Assembly: GCF_964355755.1 (NCBI RefSeq)
Contig: NC_092673.1
Coordinates: forward strand, 19,589,648-19,653,647
Reading direction: 5' to 3'
Source: Antedon mediterranea
Lineage: Eukaryota; Animalia; Echinodermata
Length of the DNA: 64,000 nt
The translations under genes were made by a program, and so were the position numbers. This document shows positions 1 to 14,015 of this stretch, in pieces (the first letter of the stretch is position 1; each line of letters opens with the position of its first letter). The notes beneath the pieces are model-generated. The model searched no databases. It was not told the origin of the DNA and saw only the letters and a program-made list of their open reading frames with translations.

Positions 1-480
1 AATATTCCATGTGAGACTATAGTTAAACAATGTATGCAGTGGAACCCCCACTGTCAATATTCCATGTGAGACTATAGTTAAACAATGTATGCAGTGGAAC
101 TCCCACTGTCAATATTCCATGTGAGACTATAGTTAAACAATGTATGCAGTGGAACTGTCAATATTCCATGTGAGACTATAGTTAAACAATGTATGCAGTG
201 GAACCCCCACTGTCAATATTCCATGTGAGACTATAGTTAAACAATGTATGCAGTGGAACTGTCAATATTCCATGTGAGACTATAGTTAAACAATGTATGC
301 AGTGGAACTGTCAATATTCCATGTGAGACTATAGTTAAACAATGTATGCAGTGGAACCCCCACTGTCAATATTCCATGTGAGACTATAGTTAAACAATGT
401 ATGCAGTGGAACCCCCACTGTCAATATTCCATGTGAGACTATAGTTAAACAATGTATGCAGTGGAACTGTCAATATTCCA
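1..480. repeat. Intronic minisatellite, 55-bp and 49-bp unit variants (~9 copies, runs off window start)
   Basis: Near-identical tandem units AATATTCCATGTGAGACTATAGTTAAACAATGTATGCAGTGGAAC(CCCCAC)TGTC; no unique spacers. Confidence 0.95.
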
Positions 481-563
481 CCACAGACTCTACAAAGGCA
501 TTGCATTATGTACTATAAACATTTTCCTATAGTAAATGTACATCTCATTTTAATCATTTTTAG

Positions 564-626
564 GCTGTAGTGATGAGGACCAAAATGAAAGCACATCATC
601 CAGTCACCAATCTCAACCAAGAGAAG
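564..626 (+). CDS. Gene A internal linker exon (phase 1-1), Ser/acidic: CSDEDQNESTSSSHQSQPRE
   Basis: TTTTTAG acceptor, AAG|GTAAGT donor, 63 bp open frame, phase matches exon at 2207. Confidence 0.75.
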
Positions 627-1226
627 GTAAGTTACTAGTAGATAAAGATTATGATACGAAAAGAGTTTCTCAACCTTACAACTTTACTTCCTTTATGGAA
701 ACACATGGTATATACACCTACCCTGACTTTACTAGTGTTTATTTGCACTCTATGAAAACCTTTAAACAATATAATCATATATTATAGTCATGATGATATG
801 ATACTGAAATTGATGTTTAAATGATGAATTTCTGGGATTTTATTTTTCATTCATTCATCTTCTTATTTCGAAATACCATGGTGACATAATATATCCATAG
901 CAAAAGAGGAAAAAAAATCTTAATCTAAGAGCTCATAGAACAAAAACATATAAATCTAAATATAAAGTCAATGCAACAAGGCATTCCATTGTATTTGCAT
1001 TCTTGACACATTAAGAATGTGGCGATTAATAAAAAGAATAATACTAATTATTAACATAAGATAAAAAAAATAATGCGAGTGAGTATTTGTTTACTGTAGT
1101 ACTTTGTTTCTAAAGCTCATTTTTCTACATTATTTAAAAAAAGTACAGAAAGGTAGTTGATTTTCCACAATTTATTTGAACATTTTATCACAACAATTTT
1201 CTATGTGATCACTTGATGACACCTAA

Positions 1227-1973
1227 AGCCTGTTTTGCTGTCGACGTTGTTCGACGCTATCGTTAACAATAATCGCCGATCTCATACGTAAACATTGAAT
1301 TTTAACGATTTACAGGAAAAGGTACTTTTTTAACTAACCACGACGATACAAATCATCTGCGATTTACAGGAAAAGGTATAATAATCGATGGTAATCAACG
1401 CTACAAGTCGCGATCGTTGACAATCGCAAGAGTTGAATCCAGTTCAACTCTAGCCGATATCGCAATGCTAAAATGTAAGAACTGACCAATCATCTTGTCG
1501 ATACAGCATATGACGTCACATAATTAGTGGAAAATTCTGAGATTACATTTATTTTTGTTGCATTGCGGCTCGATCAGAGCTAGGCCTAGCCATGCCAAAG
1601 TGAATATAAAATGATGTTCCGGAAAGTAGGCGTAGGGATATTAGGTAGGTCTAAGTCATCAGCCTAGTCCAAAATGCTGATTTGACTAGGATAGGCCTAC
1701 TGAGAATGAAGAACCATCAGTATAGAGATAGTAGTATGCCTAGGCCCACGTCTGCTACAGTGTGAGCCTACTAGTACTAGTAGTAGAGGCAGCGGAATCC
1801 TCTATTCATTTTTTCATGTTACGACGGCATTTCAACTCTAACGTTCAACGCTAGAAATCAAATGTTCGCGCTATCGTTATAATTTCAACTTGATAGTTTA
1901 AAAACGATCAAGTTGAACTTGTAACGATTAACGATGATAGCGTCGGCGTATAACGTCGACAGGAAAACAGGCT
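1227..1973. mobile_element. Non-autonomous DNA transposon/MITE (PIF/Harbinger-like ends), nested in an older inverted-repeat element (~1139-2033)
   Basis: TIRs AGCCTGTTTTGCTGTCGACGTT / AACGTCGACAGGAAAACAGGCT; outer IR GTACAGAAAGGTAGTT vs AACTACCTTGTCTGTAC. Confidence 0.7.
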
Positions 1974-2206
1974 TATGATCAAAAACGTTTGTGATCACAT
2001 TTTCAAATAAAACTACCTTGTCTGTACATCTTTTGGACATTACATATTTTCTTATGCAGCATCATCCTTTTTGTTATTTTATTACTTGAAAATTATTATG
2101 GTGTTTTAATAATTCATATTCATAATATTCAAACATTGATTATGATTTAACAGCATTGATAATTATGCTAAATATATATTGAAAACTTGCTTTTCTTTAA
2201 CCATAG

Positions 2207-2709
2207 GTTTCTCAGAGGATGATTTTAAACAGTTGATTGCAGACTTTGCAAAATGGTTTGATGACCGTGGACTTCTTAACAGGCTACAAGTTCTATTCAT
2301 AGAAATAGTAGACGACATTGAAGCAGTGAAAAGGGTTACAAGTACAACTGAACTGTTAGCTCTGTTAACTGCAAATGGGCAATTGAGTCAAACAAATCTG
2401 TCTGTACTGTATGATGCAATAAAAGTAACTGCACAATTTGGCTTCGAGTCGGTCATTAAAGAAAAGCTTCGTCCTTTCAAGAATATCAAGAAGCGTAAGG
2501 TAGCATCATTTTCATCGCAAACAAAAAAGATTTTTAATCTGGGAAAAAGTCTTAGTGATTCAGATAAAGAAACTCTTGATGTACGATACAACTTTCCTGT
2601 TGTTAAGGGGTATACTGACAGCTGGAGTCTGATATTAGATTTTGTTCCTCGAGGGTTGCTGAGTGAAGACAAAATAGATGAGGTTAATAAGTTGTTGAAA
2701 AGAAATTGA
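2207..2709 (+). CDS. Gene A terminal exon: tandem death-effector-domain-like (death-fold) module
   Basis: CCATAG acceptor (phase 1), ORF 2179-2709, stop TGA, AATAAA at 2736; helical pattern F..L....W....L.RL.VLF ... L..G.LS..NLS.L followed by K.IF.LG..L ... W.LI..L..RG.L..D resembles two DEDs. Confidence 0.8.
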
Positions 2710-2949
2710 GGTGACGTTTAGTTCACCATTAGTGCAATAAACAATGGACTGCAATAACAAAAAGAAATGATAACAATAATAGTTATTTAAGGATCATTTT
2801 GACTACATTTCACACTTCACATGACCTATTGCAGCAGAAACTTTCCGAATTGAGGTGTCATTTATATAACGATATAACTGTAATATTATTATAAATTATA
2901 TATAATATTATTCTAATACCGCAATTTAAGTTTCTTCGCTATTGTCTAT

Positions 2950-4660
2950 CTTGAATGAGCAGCCGTTTCTTTAGCAATATAATGTATATGCATTGTACCT
3001 CAGTGTATGTATTGTAATGCCACAATGCAGGTAGTACACTACAGTTGAATGAGCAGCCATTTATTTGTCAATGTAATGTTAGCGTGTCATACTTCAGTGT
3101 ATGTATTGTAATACCACAATGCAGGTTGTACACTAATAGTTGAATGAGCAGCCGTTTATTTGTCAATGTAATGTTAGCGTGTCATACCTCAGTGTATGTA
3201 TTGTAATACCACAATGCAGATTGTACAGTAATAGTTGAATGAGCAGCCGTTTATTTGTCAATGTAATGTTAGCGTGTCATACCTCATTGTATGTATTGTG
3301 ATACCACAATGCAGGTTGTACACTAATAGTTGAATGAGCAGCCGTTATTTGTCAATGTAATGTTAGCGTGTCATACCGCAGTGTATGTATTGTAATACCA
3401 CAATGCAGGTTGTACACTAATAGTTGAATGAGCAGCCGTTTATTTGTTAATATAATGTTAGCGTGTCACACCTCAGTGTATGCATTATAATACCACAATG
3501 CAGGTAGTACACTATAGTTTATCTCGTATGATACAGCCATTTATTTGTCAATGTAACGTTAGCGTGTCCTACCTCAGTGTATGCATAATACCACAATGCA
3601 GGTAGTATGCTATAGTCTATCTTGTATGAGCAGCTATTTATTTGTCAATGTAGTGTTAGCGTGTCATACCTCAGTGTATGCATAATACCACAATGCAGGT
3701 AGTATGCTATAGTCTATCTTGTATGAGCAGCTATTTATTTATCAATGTAGTGTTAGCGTTTCATACCTCAGTGTATGCATAATACCACAATGCAGGTAGT
3801 ATGCTATAGTCTATCTTGTATGATACAGCCGTTTATTTGTCAATGTAACGTTAGCGTGTCATACCTCAGTGTATGCATAATACCACAATGCAGGTAGTAT
3901 GCTATAGTCTATCTTGTATGAGCAGCCATTTATTTGTCAATGTAGTGTTAGCGTGTCATACCTCAGTGTATGCATAATACCACAATGCAGGTAGTATGCT
4001 ATAGTCTATCTTGTATGAGCAGCCATTTATTTGTCAATGTAGTGTTAGCGTGTCATACCTCAGTGTATGTATTGTAATATCACAATGCAGGTAGTGTGCT
4101 ATAGTCTATCTTGTATGAGCAGCTATTTATTTGTCAATGTAGTGTTAGCGTGTCATACCTCAGTGTATGCATTATAATACCACAATGCAAGTAGTATGCT
4201 ATAGTCTATCTTGTGTGAGCAGCCATTTATTTGTCAATGTAGCGTTAGCGTGTCATACCTCAGTGTATGCATAATACCACAATGCAGGTAGTGTGCTATA
4301 GTCTATCTTGTATGAGCAGCCATTTATTTGTCAATGTAGTGTTAGCGTGTCATACCTCATTGTATGTATTGTAATATCACAATGCAGGTAGTGTGCTATA
4401 GTCTATCTTGTATGAGCAGCCATTTATTTGTCAATGTAACGTTAGCGTGTCATACCTCAGTGTATGCATAATACCACAATGCAGGTAGTATGCTATAGTC
4501 TATCTTGTATGAGTAGCCATTTATTTGTCAATGTAGTGTTAGGGTGTCATACCTCAGTGTATGCATAATATCACAATGCAGGTAGTATGCTATAGTCTAT
4601 CTTGTATGAGCAGCCATTTATTTGTCAATGTAGTGTTAGGGTGTCGTAGCTCATTGTTTG
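2950..4660. repeat. Satellite array, ~92-95 bp unit, ~18 copies, downstream of gene A stop
   Basis: Repeated GAGCAGCC(A/G)TTTATTTGTCAATGTA..GTTAGCGTGTCATACCTCAGTGTATG...CCACAATGCAGG. Confidence 0.95.
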
Positions 4661-5275
4661 TACAGATACAGTATTACTACTATACATATTTCTGACATGA
4701 CAAGATTAAAGCTTTGCTAAATACTGCTTTTTTTTATTGGTTTCCATTTTATATTAATTTGGTATTTGTTTGCTTAAATGAATTTGAATAATATTAGCTA
4801 TGTATTTGTTTAATCACCCTTAACATTATTTGGGAAATTGTTTTTAAATGAAATCAAACTAACTGCATAAAACCATAATGTAATTAAGAATTCATTTTAT
4901 GTTTACAACTTCAACATTTCAATTTAGCATAAATGACCCACCCTTTATACCTATCTAGTGAGTAGCTCAACATTTAAAAGTTTATTTAGTTTAGATGCAG
5001 TTTATTTATTTGTTGACCTTCACCTTTGAATCAGTGACACAAAAAGTGTTGCAGTCAAGTTTAAAAACAAACAGAAAATATGAAATTAAACAATGAAAAG
5101 GGAAAAGAAATTGGAAGTAAAAAATGTTAAAATTAAAGCTAATTAGAAGAAAATGACTTAAGTAACTTTATTAATATGACAAAAATGACTTTATTATAAT
5201 AAAATTACTGGAATATTTAGAAGCAGCAATACAAGCAATCATTGGGATTTGTTTATTTTAATTATTTTCATTTTG

Positions 5276-5416
<141 letters not shown>

Positions 5417-5737
5417 GTATAGAGATATTATATAGTGAACTATATATAAATAGTTCACTATATAATATCTCTATACATAAAGTGATAAAGCTGTGAGTTT
5501 TTCTTGTCAGAGAATAATAAAGATTCTCAGCTATTTTGTTAGATTTTCCCCAAGTCTGTATTGGTTTTTTTTTCTATTTATTTGTTTGTTTATTTCGACC
5601 GCGATTTTTGTCTGAAAATACACCAAACTCAAGTAATACATGTATGAAACGCCATATGTGCAAAAATATTTATATTTTTACTAATATCAAGAAAAAACTC
5701 CGTCTGGAGCCCATATTTTGTATACATTTGTACATTA

Positions 5738-7190
5738 CATGAGGCAAAACTCTCCCTTAGCAGAAATGGTCCACATGGGGTGTCACGAAACCTAAGACCA
5801 CGAAAGCTAAGATCCCCTAAGACCTAAGATCACGAAAGCTAAGACCCAAGACCTAAGATTACAAATATTTATCTTTCGCACCTGCCTTGTATTTTAACTC
5901 CCAACATTTATTCTGAATACCACACCTTAGAATTGGCACTTTCATGAAAAAGAATCACATAAAAAGTAACAAATACATTTTTAAATTGATGATTTTACCG
6001 ACGTTTTTCTCGCACACAAAATGACTAGCCTACAGTACACTAGTACCAGTATACTGTAATGTAACTCCTCGAGCTCCCCATGCTCAATGTTTTTGTTTCT
6101 ATGGAACGTCAAAAGAGCAAAAATTATATAGAGGGCTGAAAACTCTGTTGGAGTCCATCTACAGTGTGGATGGAACAATGTAAAATTAAAATTGTAATGA
6201 TAATAGTATAATCATGCAAGTACGAAGAAATAAATACTGGCAAATAAATTTTAACTTAAAAATCATGATAAGTTTTTTTGTTTCGTTTTCTTTCTGTTTT
6301 TATACTTGTACTATTATTGTTGCTCTTTTGGCGCTCCATAGAAACAAAAACATTGAGCATGGGGAGCGGAGTTACATTACAGTATACAAAGAAACGTCTG
6401 TAAAATCATAAATTTAAAGGATTTATTTATTTGTTATTATGTGTTTCTCCTTCTGAAAGTACTTATAAGTCCTAATTTTAAAGTGTGGTATTCAGGATAA
6501 AGTTAGTCAACAAATTTGGAGTCAAAATACAAGAAAGGCAGGTGCGTAAGAAAAACATCCTCTGAACCAACACATTGGAGTAAATATATACCAACAAACA
6601 ACCCGTCAAGTTTGTTTGTTGTAAAGAAAAAATATACATTTACTCAACGGGCGAAAATAATGTGAGTTTATCTATGTTTTGCGGTAGTATTAAATTATAT
6701 TTATGGTAAATAAATGAAACCTACTGTGTTTAAAATTATGTATGGATAAACAAGTATTGTTTTTAAGCTGTAGTATATCTTAGAATTTGTAATCTTAGGT
6801 CTTGGGTCTTAGCTTTCGTGATCTTAGGTCTTAGGGGGGTCTTAGCTTTCGTGGTCTTAGGTTTCGTGACACCCGGTCCACGTGCCTGTCCAGAGTGTCA
6901 ACCCATAAAACACACAATTGTAATTTGATTATATTAACTGCCCATTAAATACAACCCAAGGGTACTATTAGGTCATTTACAACAAGGTCACCTGGACAGC
7001 TCATGAAAATTCCTACATGGTTTTCAGCAATTTCTGTAGTGAAGTGTCTGTCACACTCCAGCTGGCCTCTCATGTGTGTCAAGATCAGAACTCATAAATT
7101 GTTTAAAACAGACCAAGATTTATTACCCTGATTTTTTCAAAAACCCGGGTGAAATGGACTGATTCTGCTAAGGGAGAGAAATGCCTAATG
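5738..7190. mobile_element. MITE (host element) interrupted by a nested insertion
   Basis: TIRs CATGAGGCAAAACTCTCCCTTAGCAGAA / TTCTGCTAAGGGAGAGAAATGCCTAATG; uninterrupted partial copy on - strand at 26257-26403. Confidence 0.8.
5778..6874. mobile_element. Foldback/MULE-like non-autonomous transposon
   Basis: Long TIRs beginning GGGTGTCACGAAACCTAAGACC, largely palindromic body, 10-bp TSD GGTCCACATG/GGTCCACGTG. Confidence 0.85.
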
Positions 7191-7738
7191 ACAGTGATAC
7201 AATATTACATAAAATGTAAATAAGATGATTTATTTCTGTGTAAAGAAAATTGTAACAATAAATAATTTATATTTTGATTCATTGTATCAGTCATTGTGTT
7301 TTGTGTGTATAGCAATATAAAGGATTATTTGTGTGTTACATTGTCTGCTACATTGATTTTGTAACTGTAAAATACAGTCAACTCTCCAACCCAGAACATT
7401 CATTCATTTTAAAGACCAGAATTCCTTTCTTGCTTTTATAAAATGTTTTTAAGAAATCATACTTTTTAGCTTGGATGAAGTGTGTCTTGCTTCATTAAGG
7501 AGCATTGGCTCTATACTTTAATTGATATAATAGGTGTTACGTTACCAGTTTTGTCTAGAATAAAAATTTTTTTGTTTTCTTATTTTGCAATTATACATTT
7601 TCAGCCTTAAAGTTGCTTGTTCTACACATAATACAAATATAAAACAAATCAATGCAAAATTTTGAGTAATAAGACTATAAAAAATAGAGAGGTAAAATAC
7701 GCTGGAAGTAATCAAATTAATGTGTGTTATGTAGGCCT

Positions 7739-10115
7739 ATGTTATGCGCAATTTGAACGATTTGCGCAATTTGAAATTGCGCAAAAAAAATCCTTGCGCA
7801 ATTTGAATTGAAACATGTGTTTCAAATTGCGCAAGCAACGTATTAAATTGCGCAAGTAATCTGCAAATTGCGCAAGGTTTTTCGACAGATTGTGAAATCA
7901 TGCACACCCATATATTTTTATAGTAATTTCTAAGAATGATTCAAAATTAAAGATAAATATCGCATTTCCTTATTTTAGTAGTGCAAATATTGTTATTAAC
8001 AATACAGGGGTGGCGCCAGGATCTTCCCGACGCGGGGGCTACATTCCCCGACGAGGGGGCTATGCGAGCGAAGCGAGCATCACTATGCTGGGGGCCAGGG
8101 GGCCGCCAAGGGCCTTCGGTGGGGGTCCAGGGGGCGAAGCCCCCGGAAGCAACGCGTTCTAGCGTCATTTGAGGTCATTTTAATCAGATTTAGGGTAGCC
8201 ATTTTTTCCATTTTTTATAATGCATAAATAAAATACTGCGTGCAAAAAAACGATGCGCGATGACTGTTTCAATCCATATTTTTCAATTTAAAAAATAAAA
8301 TTTCAGAGAAAATTTAGAAAAATAGAGTTGGAGGTCCCGGAAATTGGACTTATTATACTTCAAAACATGAAACAAAATATATAAGTCCCTATCATGGTTG
8401 TGACTGAGCTAAGAAATGTTTGAAAAATAGAGATGTTAGGTCCCGGAAAATGCACTTCTTGTACTTCGAAATATGACCAGCTTTATTGTTGGGGCTGAGC
8501 TAAGAAACTGTTTAAAACTAGAGCTGCAGGTCTTCAAAAAATTGCATTTTATACTTTGGAAACATCAGGCCTAGAGGCTTAAAAAACGCAAGCGTAGACC
8601 TTTTTCAGTCGGGGAAATAAGTTTATTCCTCCCAAGTGTATGCGTGCGTACCATCTGGACTTCCGAGTGGTGAGAAATTCATGACATACAGGACATTGAA
8701 AATGTAATAACTTAGCTATAATAAGATGTTGGCTAAGCGAAAATGGCATGTTTTTTTGTTTAGTAATGGATGAAAAATTTATTTTAGGTGCCCCACGGTA
8801 CAGAGAAGGTTACTTGTAAATTAAAAAATTGGTGAACATACGGACAATTAACATAATTCGTTTTTGCTGCTGTAGTGTAGCGTACGTCGACGCAGTACAC
8901 GACGTAACCGTCAGTAAACTTCGCCTGGAAAATAACTACAGTACACATTTTGGTCCCTGGATGGAACATGATATCACGCGTCTCGACCCAACGTTGAACG
9001 ATTCGTACAAAGGGATACCGACAGACAAGTGCGAACCTAGCTATTGTTTAGTAGTAAGTTAGATCGCTGGCAATAATGAATGCATATAAAGTGCATAATA
9101 TCACTCTGACGTACTCTCACGGTCAATGAAACGTCGCGGTTTTCTAGGCGCTGAAGCTAGCTACGAAGTGAACGCGAACGCTTTTTACTGTATATTATAT
9201 TCCCCGACAAAAAGTACCCGTGTTCCCTTCGGTAACCGCCGGTAAACTTCGCCTGGAAAATAACTACATTACACATTTTGGTCCCTGGATCGAACTTGAT
9301 ATCACGCGTAAGCGTGTCGACCCAACGTTGAACGATTCGTACAAAGGGATACCGCCAGACAAGTGCGTACCTAGCTAATGTTTAGTAGTAAGTTAGATCG
9401 CTGGCAATAAATGAATGCATAAAAGTGCATAATAGCCCTCTGACGTACTCTCACGGTCAATGGAACGTCGTGGTTTTCTAGGCGCTGAAGCTATATGAAG
9501 TGAACGCGAACATTTTTTACTGTATATTATATTCCCCGACAAAAAGTACCCGTGTTCCCCGACGGGGGGGCTAGGCTCCACCACTGATTGTTATAAGTTA
9601 GCATACCGTCGAAGAACCGACGAAGGAAAACGAAGCGGTGGTGTTCCACCAGGCGGGCGCGGCGCGGGCGGCCGGCTATACTACTCTAGCCTAGCTAGGT
9701 TCTGGACTACTGATACTGACTAGGTTACATGGCCTAGCTTAAACTAATATTAAAAACTTAAAAAGTGAGTATTAACATTATCTTCATTGAAATGGTCTTA
9801 TTTACCCTATATAATAAAATACTAAATTTTAAACTCCTCTGCCTAGGCCTAGCCTAGCCATGTATGGGAAAATTTACAGTTCGTTTTCAAATTGCGCAAA
9901 GGTGTCATATTGCGCAAGAACTATCTTGCGCAATTTACAAATTGTGCAGCGCAATTTAAAATTGCGCAAAGATTTTCTTGCGCAATTTGAAATTGCGCAA
10001 AAAAATCCTTGAGCAATTTTAAATTGCGCAAGAATTCTTTGCGTAATTTCAAATTGCTCAAGGATTTTTTTGCGCAATTTCAAATTGCGCAAATCGTTCA
10101 AATCGCGCATAACAT
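7739..10115. mobile_element. Non-autonomous DNA transposon with subterminal AAATTGCGCA repeats
   Basis: TIR ATGTTATGCGCAATTTGAACGATTTGCGCAATTTG at 7739 and its reverse complement ending 10115; terminal fragment also at ~20496-20545. Confidence 0.8.
8005..9586. mobile_element. Nested hAT-like non-autonomous element containing a ~327-bp internal tandem duplication (8905-9230 / 9232-9556)
   Basis: Ends CAGGGGTGGCGCC / GGCTCCACCACTG, subterminal TTCCCCGAC repeats; no clear TSD. Confidence 0.6.
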
Positions 10116-13100
10116 GTATATTGGAAAACAAAACAGGACAAGATAGAAGTACAAAATCAAATGTAAAATTGGAAATTACTCTTTATAAAAGAAAGATTAT
10201 TTTGGAAGAGGTGATGTATTATTATTATCATTAATGTTTGATAAGAATGTAGGCCTATTACAATTTATAGCAATATAATATTTGTATCATTTTACCATGG
10301 AGAAATAATAATAATGCTCTTCGATTTTGACATGGACCTATTCTAATTTATAAGTTCATGATTTTAGGATTTTAGAGATAAACATTGATTGCGCCCTCAA
10401 TAAAGTATAATTTCAAAAAACATAACAAATAATCTTTGACAACACGTACGTACGTACGTACCGTAAGTAGGTTCATTAATGTTACCTTATTTATTAACTT
10501 AACAACGATATTATACGAAATTCTTTAGAATGGCAGATTATATTCTTTGATCAGCATGGTTACACCTATCTAGGCCTAGGCTAGTAGGTAATTCGATATA
10601 TCTAGGCTAGTACTATAGCTAGCCTAGCTAGGCCTAGGCTAGGCCCTAGTACTAGGATAGGCCCTAGTACTAGGATTCAGGGACGATTCGGCCCGGGACT
10701 ATTCGGCCCACTTTTGGTGGGACGATTCGGCCCACTTTTGGGCCGAAACATCCCACTTTGTGGGCCGAAACGTCTCACTTTAGACCAAATTCATATTCAT
10801 TTTTTTTTGGTATTTATCAAGTTTTTAAAAAAGGTGTTTAACAATCCGTATTTTAATTTTATTGATATTCACAAAGTTGATATAATATATATAATAAATT
10901 ACTAAAAAAACGTAATTTTATATTCAATTTATTACTTTGAAAACCTTGTTTATTTCGTGCATTCGCCAAGCGGCCAACAGAGGGCGTAACTTGTTTACCT
11001 CGTTTGCGTGACTAAAAAATGATCATTTTCGACAATGTTTTCAAAATGTTTGCTTTATTGCATCTTTATCCCTAGTAGTGCTACCCCATATTCTCTCTGA
11101 AAATAAAGTTCTGCTGTTAGTGTTTATATTATTAATTTGGCCAGAAGGCTCCTGTCCTGCTTCCCAAGATAACCAGATAATCCACGACCGCGATCGGTCA
11201 TGTTTCGAATTGGCTGCTTTTCGAATCAGTTAGGTACCCAATGTATAATTTATTGATATTCTGGAAAAAATGATAAATAATATAAATGATATAGGGGGGG
11301 GGGAAACAGGGGTTGATCCTTCCAGACACCAAGTACTTGAGCCACAGCCCCCGCCCCCCCCCCCCCCCCCATGGTGGGGCCTGTGGCGAAGCGAATTTTG
11401 GTAAATGACACCCCTAGATCGTCGGAAATGGTACTCTCGCACATAAAATTCATGATAAATGGCGCCTCCAACTAGTAGTAGTTGGCCTGGAAATAACACT
11501 CCCATTTATTGCACAGCAATCAGCAAAATGGTCGTACATTTTCCACTGTTAAAAACACAGGTGACATAACATTTGAACACGTGAAAACCCAATCTAACAT
11601 TGGATCTGCGCCTGGCAAAGGTAGTAATTTTTCCGGTTAGAAGACTGAAAGATTGAGTATTGGAGCGACAGCCAGCCACGAAAAGTACGTTCGTTTTGCT
11701 GATCGCTAGCGCGTTACATACGATTAGTAGGAGTGTATTTTTTTAAGGTGGCCTCACACGCACAGCACAGCGTCACAATTGTGTATGAAATGCCAAAAAC
11801 CACAGTCAACTGACCGCATGTTAATGTACTGATAAGCAGTGCGTCTTCTTCCCACGAGCTGTCAGTCAGGATTTTGTGTATTTCATATCATCTTACTTGA
11901 ATATCATACTGTACTGTGACTCATTTGAAGCCATATCATATATCGTATATTTTATTCTTATCTTATATTTTCTTTTTCTTTCTTCTATCCCTTCTTTGTA
12001 TTTTATTTTTTTTACTTGTTACCCAGCCCAATCGAACGCTTCGCAACCTGGTAAAATCCGCCAGGGGGGTATTCCGCCCCCCCCCCCACCTGTTACGCCA
12101 CTGACAATACGCACCTCGTGAAAAGTGCAGGTAATTGTTTATTTGTTGAGTTTGTACGTTACTGGAGACCATTACCTGATATACGTAGATTTTAAAAGTG
12201 GAATCCATGGGCTTTGATCAGTAAAAACACATACGAAGATGAACAAGCTGAAGTAGTTGAAATGTACAGCTCATAAAATCCGACATGAAAATGACATTGT
12301 TAATGATAATAATACCTTGATAACAATACATGTATTTTGGTCACTGCACCGCTTTTGCACAATTCGAAGTTACGAAAAGAATTCCTTGCTCAAATTGTAA
12401 ATAATATTGCTGTGTTTTTTAATGAAGTTAAACAGCCTAAATAAATTGCACAAGAAAATCGGTTACACAACCTAATGAGGAACATACATGAAATCCCTAT
12501 AATCGCACAGCCAACCACTTTACTTTCCAAACATGGTAAATGCTCCTCAATAAGAGGAGTTGTGTGTGATTTGTATGCAAGTCCTGGATAGGCTATTGTA
12601 CCATTGGTGACCTCTTAAGATCTAAAACTTTTTCATTTCTACTATACTAGTGGTACAGTAACTCACTGCCAGACTTTAGTAATCTACAGTAAGTTCTGCA
12701 GACACTGGGCCACGGCAAAGTTTGTATCGTGAAACATTTGAAGTGCCACAGGGTGCCTTGAGGGACTGAAAATATTGGAATCAGTAATTTAAACCAGGCC
12801 GTTTTATTGGGTATTTATATTAGTTGTATATTACATTCCAGTTGATGAAGTAATTGGTGTTAATAAACTAAATAACTAGATCTATCAATATCAATCAATA
12901 TGTTATTACAAAATAGAACAAAAAAAGTAATTACAAGCATTTTAAAATAAATCAGTCTAACTTTAGGCATAATACTGTGCATGTTCACAAGTATTCCATG
13001 CATCAAGTACTTTAGTACACTTTGGACATTAACAATTTAATAATTATCATCGTCAAATTGACTTTCCACCTGCATTGAAATTAATATTTTGTCAATTTTT

Positions 13101-14015
13101 AATTTTCTTTTTTTCTCTAAGTTCATGTCAAGCAATTTCTGTAATTATTTCATACACATCTGTCTAATGAGTGTTCTTTTTGAATTACATATCCTAATTT
13201 AGTAAATGTTAACTTCAGATATTTGGGTAGTCTAGGTTCTAGAATTATCTAATTACTTAATCTTAGTAAAAAGATAACTGGTATAGTAGATCGGAATGCC
13301 CGATAATTATAAAATGTATACACACTAGCTTCTATTATGTTGACTCGCGCGAAGGCAGCAATCGTCAGGTTTTTATTCAATCAATGACAATCAGTAATTT
13401 GCATACATATTTACATGTGTGACTAATCACTACAATTGCCACAATGGCATTTCATACATATAAAAGCACAAAATCAAAACGCTGACTGGTGGACTAACAT
13501 AAAAAAAAAAGAGAATAACTACAGACGTGGGGAAAGTTTAATATTTGGGCAACTAATCTTTGTTATATGGATATGTTGTAATAAAATGGTATTAGTATAA
13601 AGATATTCAAAGTTCATCCTATTTATTATTACTTTGGTACAATATTGACTGATTGACTATTGACAAAGTTTATTATCACTGTGCGTAAATATAACCAAAA
13701 AAATGTAATTGTACCGAACAGTAATAAACTGCTGTGTTCTAGGAATACTATCTTTGTTGAACATTAGAATATCTCATATTTGACAGAGCAATGTAGGCCT
13801 AAAGACAGAAATAAATAAATGAGTATTAAGGTCTATTAGTTAAAAAAACAAAATATCTCTTTATTACCGTATATGTTGAAGATTCATACTGAAGACATTA
13901 GTAATACACTTTTTTTTTATAAGAAAGCACATTTATCAAATAAATAAATAAACTGCTGCTGTGTATTGACAAGTTTACTGTATTCATTTTCACCATTCAA
14001 ATATAATATCTCCAT

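Noticed and set aside
1-4660. Tandem arrays (1-480, 2950-4660, also 25718-26048 and 29840-30550) as CRISPR arrays
   Set aside because: No unique spacers, no cas genes, spliceosomal eukaryotic context
7947-12208. Short GC-rich ORFs (7947, 7981, 11230, 11250, 11876-12208)
   Set aside because: Lie in GC-rich MITE termini with G/C runs; no domain-like content
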